Below, in pieces: positions 53,801-64,000 of a DNA stretch of 64,000 bases. The notes under the pieces are model-generated. The model worked only from the letters and a program-made list of their open reading frames with translations, searched no databases and was not told the DNA's origin. Each line of letters starts with the position of its first letter. Position 1 is the first letter of the stretch. Source of the stretch: Octopus vulgaris (taxonomy: Eukaryota); contig OX597814.1 in NCBI GenBank assembly GCA_951406725.2, positions 215,264,001 to 215,328,000 of the forward strand, in the 5' to 3' direction. A program made the translations under genes and the position numbers.

Positions 53801-54322
53801 TCGAACTTAATGTTTACACGATATTATTTATAACGTTATGTGTGTGTATGTTTGTATGTGTGCGTATGTGCATGAATCCGAAGGGAGTTATATCCCTTGC
53901 TTCTTGTTTTCAGATGGTAAACACCCCAATTTCTATTTCTTATCAGTATTCAGAACACTCCCCTGAGGTATTTTCCCTTTGTTATAATGATGATAGGCTC
54001 CATCACCACCACTCGTTATTTAGGAAGTACATTCTTCCACATGACAAGTGCTGACATAAACAGAGCTAATTGTAAAACGACAACTCTATCATTTTCGAAA
54101 TCATTACGTAACCTTAAGTTTGAACTTTAATAAAAGATGTGAAACAAATGAATCAAAATTAATATTTAATTAATCTAGACAGCTTTCCTTGAAACAAATT
54201 GATTTTTTTCCACGATTTTTTGTTTCTATAAAATACATGTAAAATTTCATAGAAAAAAGCGTTAACATTGATGTAGAGACAGATACGTTTCTATATATAG
54301 TAATTACACACAGACACACTAA

Positions 54323-54373
<51 letters not shown>

Positions 54374-54799
54374 ACACACACACAAACACACAAACACAAA
54401 CACATACACACATGTATACATATAAATACTATGTGGTATTTATCAGATTGTATAAAAGGCAAAAATCCGAACTCTTTAAATTGTATTTGTTTGTTAAGTA
54501 AAACCTATAATCAATTCTTTCTCGTTTTGACATTTTTGAACTTGAATTTTTTTTCCGATAATTTCATTGCTCAAACAAGTTAATTACTTAGAGACAAAGG
54601 TTTAAATTTGAAAGAGGAAGGGAATTAGATTGTTGGATAATTTGTATTAAATAGAAATTTCTTTCGTACAAGGACGCAAATAGACAGAAAGTTACCTTTT
54701 TACTCAACAATGTTTGCCACTTGTGTTCAGTCTCGCATGCTGGCTTAGCTCTTAATATCATTCAATCTACGAATGAATAATTGCGAATTTAATCTCATG

Positions 54800-54854
54800 A
54801 AACCACACACACACACACGCACACACATACACATACACACACGCGCGCACACAC

Positions 54855-54896
<42 letters not shown>

Positions 54897-55142
54897 GTAT
54901 ACATATATATGTGTATGTATATATCTGTATGCTTATATATGCAGAAATATATGCATGCATGTATATATATATGTATCTATATATATATATGTATATATAT
55001 ATGCATGCATATATATATATGTGTGTGTGTGTATGCATGTATATATTTGTATATATGTATATATATATGTACAAACACACATACATAATACATACATGCG
55101 TAGATACATACATTTGTACATCCATATATGTGTGTGCGTGTG
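54800..55142. repeat. Compound (CA)n/(TA)n field
   Basis: Direct inspection. Confidence 0.92.
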
Positions 55143-55398
55143 TATGGCCTAGTGGTTACGATCACGAGATCGCGATACCGGCTGGTGCGTTGTGTTATTG
55201 AACAACATACTTCATCTCACATTGCTTTGCGATCACTTAGACACTTGACGCGTGGTACAGCACGCACCTCCACAGGCAACCACCGTCAGTTTGATTTGGA
55301 GAGTTATCTAATGTACAGCGCATACAATTAGTAACTGAATAAATCATTTGAAGATGTCATTTGGCAAAAGCTGAACATTAGCACATCGTCTTCAACGT
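55140..55398 (+). mobile_element. Old family-C-like SINE
   Basis: tggcctagtggttacgatcacgagatc, ttgtgttattgaacaacatacttcatctcacattgct. Confidence 0.55.
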
Positions 55399-55498
55399 GA
55401 GAGCCTATCATATATCTTATACACACACACTCATGCACACACACACACACACACACAGATGTATACATATATGTATGTGTGTGTGTGTGTATATATAT

Positions 55499-55560
<62 letters not shown>

Positions 55561-55574
55561 TGTATATATATGCG

Positions 55575-55637
55575 TAGGAGTGGCTGTGTGGTAAATAGCT
55601 TGCTTACCAACCACATGGTTCTAGGTTCAGTCCCACG
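55575..55637 (+). mobile_element. Family-B SINE head only
   Basis: aggagtggctgtgtggtaaatagcttgcttaccaaccacatggttctaggttcagtccca, then abruptly unrelated sequence. Confidence 0.85.
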
Positions 55638-56039
55638 GAGATGTACCTGCATAGCAAGTGACCTGATCTGAGATCGTGTGCTGAAACAAAAACAATTGCA
55701 GCGTGGAAGGTGCTTATAAGCCATTTAAAAATACAAAAACCGTTTGATTCACTTCAACATTTAAATTTGGTTTGATAAAATATTTTCGTCACTTTGAGAC
55801 CACGACCTGTTCACTGACAAAATTCTGTGCTCCCACCCTTCCCTATTCTTCTCTGCCGTTCACCGTTCCCTCTCTCTCACTCCTCCTCCTCCTCGACTCT
55901 CTTCTCGCTGACACGTGACGAGATGGAATCTATCTTTCTGACTACTACCTTCGCAAAGACTAAACGTGCTTATTCTGTCTCTTCGTAAGCTCTTCTCCCT
56001 AAGCGTTCAGAATATTTTTTTCCTCGTCTTGGCTTAACA

Positions 56040-56449
56040 ACCCTCATCGTTTGTTTTTACTGTTTTGTTCTCATTGTTCTGTCTTTTACTGTTTTTAATG
56101 TTTTGTTCTCACTGTCCTGTTCTTGTTAACACTTTCACTCTCCGTAAAAAATCCCAAATTTTATTTAATTTGCTTTTCGGGAAGGACTGTTTCAACGAAG
56201 TCGCGTCTTGCACTTGCCTTCGGAACGTGGAGTAGCTGAAACAGGGACAACTGAAGAAGGGAATATTCTTTATGTTGTATGTCTCATTTCTCTGTTTTTT
56301 TCGTTGTCCGAAAAAAAAGTTCGTTTCTATGTTTTTGTTTTTTATGTTTTCGTTTCTCATTGTGTTCAACGTTTTTTTGATGTCCTGTACTCATATATGC
56401 ATGTATATATACATATATATGTATGTATGTACATATATGTATGTATATA

Positions 56450-56450
<1 letters not shown>
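56040..56450 (+). mobile_element. Second copy of the 14977-15365 repeat
   Basis: Colinear high similarity, ending in a (TA)n run. Confidence 0.85.
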
Positions 56451-56498
<48 letters not shown>

Positions 56499-56914
56499 AG
56501 TATTTATATATATATGTATATATGTATATATATACACATACGTACACATATATACATCAAATTTATAATTTTATGACTTACTTAAGCAGAAACATAACGT
56601 CTTATATATTTAAAGTTATCTTTCACAATGTCTCAGTATTTTCAATCATTAAAAACTATGTATTGACTCCAGAAATTCCATGGAGATTTTTTTCTATATC
56701 GTTGTACAAAGTAATACTCCTCTTCGAGGTAAATTGAACAGAATTATGTGAAACATCAAAAAATAATTTTCTGTTGAATATAACAGTAGTTATTATGTGT
56801 ACATTAACATTACAGGTGAATATTGTAGAACATTTTTTAATCAGTATAATGAAGTTGTTCCCAGAACCGTGGAAGAGTAATTTTGAAATTATGATCAGTA
56901 ACCAAATAACAAAA

Positions 56915-56957
<43 letters not shown>

Positions 56958-57189
56958 ATAGATAAATAAAGGAAGAAGCTAAGAAATGAACAATAAGATT
57001 ATTTGCAACATCGCGATAAGTGAATTGTGTTAGAAAACAAATCATATTAGGGATGTCATGACATAATATATAGGCGACGTCATTTGTTCTGCGCATGTAC
57101 ACACACACAAATACCACAAATATGTGGTGGATGTATGCATGTTTATGTATGTGCATATATGCATGTATCCATGTATGCACTATATACTT

Positions 57190-57226
<37 letters not shown>

Positions 57227-59291
57227 GATTTTCACAAAAACACAAGCGTGTGTTTTTAAAGCCCTTTTTAAAACGTTTTTCCTCTGAATAGCTTCACTAA
57301 ATCTTTTGAGTGTTTCAGTGCGCCTCTCCGCTATGCGCTGTATAGCCATGGCCCAGAAAATCAAGGAGAATTATTCTCTTGCCATTCCATAAAAGAGTCT
57401 AGATGATTTTCTCTTCCAATCGCTGACTCTCGATCCTTTTTTTCTGTAACTCTGTAAACAATACAGATTAATTTGTTCCGTAATATTGTCTAAGTTTAAA
57501 CCTTCTTTGGTTACCTATTACAACTTATTAGTTTCTAAACAGGAAAACTCTCTTCAACCTGTTAGAAATAAAAGCGAAATATCTGTGAAATATCGCTCGG
57601 CCATCTTAAAATTGTATGATCATAGTGTATAAAGCAGCCTGAAACTAGACGAGATGGTCACTGCGGAACGCCTTTAATCAAAGTAATTTTCGATTAGAAT
57701 TCGTTGCTCTGAGGCTAAACAACAACAAAAAGATAATGAAAATACACAGATCGGAATGTTATTGCTTCGAAACACGGAACGTGACAAATATAGCTGTTAT
57801 TAAAATGGCCGAGTGAATGGGTTAACAATTTCCTAAAGCTTTTTGTCTGATTACACTGCAGGAAGTTGCTAAATGATTGGACAGTAAATTTTATTGAGTG
57901 CACTTCAACTAACACAGCTGTTTATCTGCAGAGATTAGCATCATAATCAATGATAAATTCATTCGTGTGTCCCCTCTGCTATGCTTTAAAATCAGAGTTA
58001 GCCATCGATTCTTATGAACCCCACGGAGCTTTAGAGACAGTTTTTACAGTTTTACAAGTGAAACAAAGAACCTGAATCTAGTTCAGACGACACAGTGCAT
58101 GCACATGAATCTTGCAGCACAAAATCAATATTGTAAATAAAGAAAATAAACTATGTTGAGATGTCTATTGTTATATGAGATGGGCTTACATTGTGCTGAA
58201 CCGTTCAAATGATTAGGAAAATACAAGTTTTATGATATAGCTTTGTGAATTAGTTTTATTTTACTTATTCTTTCTCTTTCAATAAATTTCATTTATTGTC
58301 AAAATATTATAATACAGAAATATCTCTACAGACATCTTTGTACATACACAATAAATGACATATTTCACTTATTCTCTCTTAAATTATTCCTTCCAGACAA
58401 ACCGCTTGATTTCTCTCCACACGCTGAAATACATGCATATATGTATGTGTGTGCGTGTGAGAGAGAGAGAGAGAGAGAGAGAGGGAGAATGTGCGTGTGT
58501 GTGTGAGTGAGTGTGTGTGATTTAGTGTGTATATGTGAGCATGTATGTGTGAGTGTATACGTGTTGCGAGTGTGTGTGTGTGTGTATGTGCGCGTACGTG
58601 TGTACACACACACACACGCACACCCACATATACTCTTTATTGTTAAAGCTGCAAAAACATAACAAAAAAATCACAAAAAACTGCTACTCAGAGTTTTATG
58701 TTCCCGCTCGTCGGACAGTTGTGATTAAGAAGTACCAAACTGAGAAGGCTCCGCATTCACTGTATATCCCGAATCAGACGCGTTCGGCTTCCATGTGTTT
58801 TATCCAATGAGAGGCCAGTTCTCTGAGATAACAATTAGATGACACAGACGAGGCGTAAGCGACTACAACGTGAACAGGAGTTTCTAGCTTTTAAACAATA
58901 CGCGTATTCTAAGTATGTGGTATTGATAATGCTTGCATTATAGAGATGCTAAAGTTGCATAATCTGAATTTATTCTACCTGTGCAGCACCACAGCAAATC
59001 TAAACAGTTTTTACAATATCTGTGTATACGTCATGCTAAAGATTTCGATTTCGTCTCGGAAGTGACTCGAGTGCATGGAACTGGTAGGCTGCATTGGTAG
59101 CGAAATAAGTATCTGTCACTCTGCTGATCGTTCTGCGGGTTTTCTTGTCGACTACATTTCTAAAGAGATTTTCCCAGGACGATAAACATACGTCAAGTGT
59201 ATAGTATCGGATATATATACGGTCGTGCATAATTCATATATATGTATATATATGTATATATATATATATATTATATATATATATATATATA

Positions 59292-59384
59292 TAATTGGCT
59301 GATGAGTACTCAGCATTTTAAAACTGTTGTAATACTTACAACATTTAATAAAATAATGTAGTAAGAAACGATCGTACCAAATTA
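59292..59384 (+). ncRNA. Type-I hammerhead ribozyme with canonical core and palindromic stem III
   Basis: taattgg CTGATGA (59299-59305) gtact...tgttgtaa-tac-ttacaaca...agtaa GAAA (59365-59368) CGATCG TA ccaaatta. Predicted cleavage after 59376. Element 59292-59413 sits between (TA)n runs and ends tgcttattttgag. Confidence 0.8.
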
Positions 59385-59442
59385 CCAGAGTCATTATCGT
59401 TGCTTATTTTGAGTATATATATATATATACATATATATATAT

Positions 59443-59497
<55 letters not shown>

Positions 59498-59572
59498 TGC
59501 ACGGGCGAATTTGTACGTATATATTAATACTTGGAAATGGATACGTCGCGTTCAATTAAATGATAAATAATG

Positions 59573-59627
<55 letters not shown>

Positions 59628-59639
59628 TATACACACACA

Positions 59640-59897
59640 CATGCATATATGGGTACAGGACGTCACCAACGGTGCAATAACGTGAAATACGTAAACATGA
59701 GATAAAAATGGAAAGCAAGACAAGTTAACACAGAGCAAGGACCCTTCAACAGTTGTCGGCTGTCTATCTACCCCTCTTTCAAGCATACTACGACGATATG
59801 AGTCTTCAAAGACAGTTGCTTCCATAAATTCTAAAATAAAATTTAGGATTTATGAATGGTCAAAGTTGGGTACAAAAAATGACAGTAGAGACAAAGA
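59640..59897 (-). mobile_element. Diverged relative of the 14977/56040 repeat
   Basis: Reverse complement shares aaatcctaaattttattt, gacaactg..gaaggg and the end gtcctgtacccatatatgcatg. Confidence 0.7.
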
Positions 59898-59919
59898 CAC
59901 ACACACATACACATACACA

Positions 59920-60030
59920 TTGGTTGACTCGAGGCTATAGTAGAAGACTCTTGCCCAAGATGCCACGCAGTGAGACTGAACCCGGAACCATGTGGTTGGG
60001 AAGCAAACATCTTGCCACATAGCGACGCCT
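59920..60030 (-). mobile_element. Family-B SINE 5' part
   Basis: gctatagtagaagactcttgcccaagatgccacgcagtgagactgaacccggaaccatgtgg. Confidence 0.85.
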
Positions 60031-61059
60031 GACATATCAGGTCATCCCACCTAATACAACAGCTAATGCAACAATCAATGCTCAAGTCTACTGAGTAGGC
60101 TGTTTCCTTTTCAAACTGATTTGATCTACATATATATGCATATAAACAATAGCAATATGTATACTTATTGTTTTACGCAAATAAATGATACAAGCTTATT
60201 TTATTTTATTAACTTTTAGTTTACTTTATGTAATATATGTTACATAAACTGAACAAAAAATGGACAGCCCATTCATTTTGGGTGAATTTAAGTCATTTTA
60301 GACTGTTTAACTTTACGTTTCTGCCCAATTAATTTATGTTGTATGTATATTATTACTGATACTTTATTACTACTTTCTAATTTTAATTATATTTTAAAAT
60401 TATTATTTTAATTATAATGATCTAATTTTTTTGATAACAATAATATTGTGCTGCAACTTTCAAAACTGAAATAATAAATTGAAATAGTTAAAAGATTTAA
60501 AGGAATTAATTATAATATAGAAGAAACAAAAAATAATAAATATTTTTGACACTGTTAATAATTAGCAATTAAAAATCTTTTTCCTGTTTGATAATTTCTA
60601 TACATTATTGCAATTCTTAATCTTTGTTTGATCAAATGTTTTTGTCGTTTTGTTGTAATAGTAGTCAGTTACCATCTTTTTTCTGCTTTAAACTATTCAT
60701 TAGTTTTGTATGTATTTAAGATTAAGATTATAAATGATTTTAGATTTTATAAAAAGTACAACAAAATGTGTTTTAGTAAATTTTTTTAAGAAATACTTTC
60801 AAGAAATATTAGTAATTTTTTTTTAAAAGAAATACCTAATTATTTCTTTCTTTTTAAAGTTTCATATTGGTTGATATTTTTTCAATAGAGCATTTTGTTG
60901 AATTCTTTTTTTGGTTTTCAAGAAATTTTTTTCCCATAAAATTTCTTCCTTTTTTAAGATTATATTTTTTAAGCATTAAATTTTCGTCAAGAAAAAGTAA
61001 GTACCAGTACCATCGTTAGCCCGTTATCATACGGTTTACACCCACATACGGCGGTGAGG

Positions 61060-61165
61060 TGATGGTTGGATTTAATAGCTTTTTGAGTTATTTTGCACAC
61101 AGAGGGACAGACAAACCAACGGCAATGGAAACAGAACCTCCTGTCTTGATTGGAAAAGGCTGAGC
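61060..61165 (-). mobile_element. Possible Helentron-associated (DINE/HINE-like) fragment
   Basis: Minus strand ggaggttctgtttccattgccgttggtttgtctgtccctctgtgtgcaaaataactcaaaaag resembles DINE-type cores. Confidence 0.45.
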
Positions 61166-62075
61166 TGACTACGGTGTGTAGCGGGTCGCTACACGGCTTA
61201 AAAAATATTATCACTTGGCACTTATGGAAAAATGTTGGTGGGGTGGTGTATTTGCATTCTTCCAAATATCGATCAACATGGCAAATGTCTTGAATTAGTA
61301 AAAATATTTTTGTCTTTAAAAAGTATGTATTATTATGTTTGAATGAAATTACGATTCATTTGCAAAGATCTAAAAAAAATTAATGAAAGTAAAAATTTCA
61401 AAAATCGCCGATTATTCGCCATTCTATAAAAAATTTTATAAATGAAATAATTTTAAATGCAAATTCTAAAAGAAACAATATAATTTCGAAAAAAAAAACA
61501 CATTTAGAACTATTAAAAGTAAAAATTCATCTGATATTTAATCCAATATAATTTTTTTTAAATTAAAAATTTTTTTTTATTTTGTGCTTAAAAGACATTC
61601 CAAAAACATTTATGGTAGTGCCAGGGTTTCGATGTTAGTTTTTATTATATTAATATTAATCATGACTTGCCGCGGGCCGGGCCGCAGTAATAACAATGAA
61701 AATTGATAGACCTCTCACGTAACACAAAAAAGCGTAATAGGTTTGAGTGACTGAAAGAAAGTCAGAAAATGACGACGACTCAAAAATGCAAACAAAATTT
61801 TAATTAATGAATTAAACATAAAATTTTACAAATACAAATTATATATATTTGGAATCCTTGCAATACAAGGAACATGTTAATATAAGTTTCGTTCTATTGG
61901 AATGGACTATTACATGAGTTAATTCATATAAATAAATAATAGGGCTCGGGCGCGCATTTGGCATTTATAGACGAGGACGTCGCTCGAGTTTCTACATTTG
62001 TTGAGACTCGCACTCAGCTGTGCTCGTCTAATTTCTAACCGCCTAACCGCATATGCCTAAATACAAACTTACACA

Positions 62076-62173
62076 TGTATGTATGTATGTATGTATGTAT
62101 GTATGTATGTATGTATGTATGTATGTATGTATGTATGTATGTATGTATGTATGTATGTATGTATGTATGTATG

Positions 62174-62222
<49 letters not shown>

Positions 62223-62255
62223 GTATATATATATATATATATGTGTGTGTGTGCA
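62076..62255. repeat. (TATG)n(TATC)n(TA)n compound microsatellite
   Basis: Direct inspection. Confidence 0.97.
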
Positions 62256-63160
62256 TATAAGATAACCGAAATCATTTCTAAAATCGACAATTATCAATAG
62301 TTTCCAAAAGAAACAGAAAATTAAGATGTCTGTATTCACCAACAGATATATAGATACTTTATTTCCAATCTAAAAATGTTTTTCACTTTTAACCCAGACT
62401 TTGTTTATTTTCTGATAATTATTATGATAACTTAATAACACCAACTATTATGCAATCTCTCCATATTTATCTATGTGACAAGCATCACATTTCACTTGAT
62501 TTCCCCCCTGTCAGCCATTGGCATTTTCTGTTCTATGTAATAAATTGTTTGTTTATATTTGTTTGACTACTGTGTAGATGTTTTAAAGAAACTATTGATT
62601 CGTATATATCATCCAATGTATTCCATTTTGTCTTTTAATTTAGTAGAGTTTAATCTGAAGTTGGGTTGCTATTTCTAGCAGGTTCGCTATCAGATACGCG
62701 CTTTCTTATTGGCTTCCCTCGTGTCCAAGTTATACCAAGTGAGGATGATTTACACGCTCGTCTGGAAAGTTATGAAAACATTCGTTAGTTATTGCAGTGC
62801 TTTCAGGCTCATAGTTGTACCTATACACTTATTTGTGATATTTGCTTTAAGACTTATTGATTGAGCCAATAAATATCTTATTGCACTGGGTATGCCACAG
62901 CAGTATACTAGTGACGGATTAACAACATTTCTGTTAATCTTCTGTTTTATCCGGCTGAACCTCGAATTAGAATTAAAAGTTCAGTATGTATTTCTTGAGA
63001 CGATATTCTCCAAAATCATTTGTTTTTTTGAGACGTGATTAGAAATAAGCTTACAGTGATATTTTATATTCTCATGCTATATGATTTTATCCAATAATGT
63101 GAAGGTGTGTGGCTTAGTTGTTAAGGTGCTATGCTCATGATCATATAAGATTGTGAGTTC

Positions 63161-63229
63161 TACTATAGCCTCAGGCCGACCAAAGCCTTGTGAGTGAATT
63201 TGGTAGACGGAAACTGAAAGAAGGCCGTC

Positions 63230-63312
<83 letters not shown>

Positions 63313-63522
63313 GTGTGTGTGTGTGTGTGTGTGTGTCTGTGTTTGTCCCCCCAACATCGCTTGACAACCGATGCTGGTGTGTTTACGTCCCTGTAACGTA
63401 GCGGGCCGATAGAACAAGTACTAGGCTTACAAAGAATAAGTCCTGGGGTCGATTTGCTCGACCAAAGGCGGTGCTCCAGCATGGCCACAGTCAAATGACT
63501 GAAACAAGTAAAAGAGTAAAGA
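63161..63522 (+). mobile_element. 5'-truncated family-B SINE between two family-C heads
   Basis: tactatagcctcaggccgacc...ctgaaacaagtaaaagag. Flanked by a 56-bp repeat at 63105-63160 and 63523-63578. Confidence 0.88.
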
Positions 63523-63780
63523 GTGTGTGGATTTGTTGTTAAGGAACTGTTCTCATGATCATGTAAGATCGTGAGTTCACCTCCTGGTTCGTGCTTCACG
63601 CTATGACCTTGAACATGGCATTTCATTTTATGTTGCTCCAGTCTACTCAGCTAAAAACGAGTGCAAGCCAAATGCTGGTGAAGCCTTTTCAGCTGTTACA
63701 TCCAGAGTTTTCTACTGGACCAATGGTGGCAGGACCAAGTGTTTATCTGTATCCTTGCGATAACGTAAGCATCTGTACAT
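63523..63780 (+). mobile_element. Old family-C SINE
   Basis: gtgagttc..cctgg, tgaccttgaacatggcatttcattttatgttgctccagtctactcagct. Confidence 0.65.
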
Positions 63781-64000
63781 AAAAAAATTTAACGAAAACA
63801 TGAAAAATGTTACGAGGTCATTCTCGCTTACAGGTAACGGCTTTGCTTTAACTCTAAATTTGTAATGGGAAGACTGACTTGTACATTGTTAACCGCAATT
63901 TTTATAAATGATGTCACATACTTGCTACTTAGTTCATTGACAGACCAACATTAGTGCCATTACCTGATCACTTGTACCTTTCCCAGGGTTCCACTTTGTT

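Noticed and set aside
60250-61620. Extremely AT-rich block
   Set aside because: No periodicity, ORF or termini identified beyond the possible DINE-like fragment.

Overview
AT-rich, microsatellite-saturated eukaryotic non-coding DNA. The SINE families and the (TA)n/(CA)n density are what I associate with an Octopus (coleoid cephalopod) genome; this is an inference. I find no intact gene and no convincing host exon, and nearly all ORF-track hits are microsatellite or SINE artefacts. The window is a mosaic of three main tRNA-headed SINE families (a MetaSINE-like family, a CORE/V-like family, and a family with swappable tails). It also holds LINE relics (CR1/L2 3' ends and an R4/Dong-like RLE element embedded in (TACA)n), DNA-transposon relics (hAT/Buster, mariner), two non-autonomous Helitrons and long fold-back repeats. 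The most interesting signal is a dispersed set of short elements sitting in or beside microsatellites that carry minimal type-I hammerhead-ribozyme folds (CUGANGA...GAAA, self-complementary stem III, GUA/GUU site) at about 525, 25436, 31439, 50388 and 59292. Stem I covaries between copies, and two copies share a 3' tail. This suggests a Penelope-mobilised, microsatellite-targeting retrozyme-like family. All alignments and folds were done by eye.
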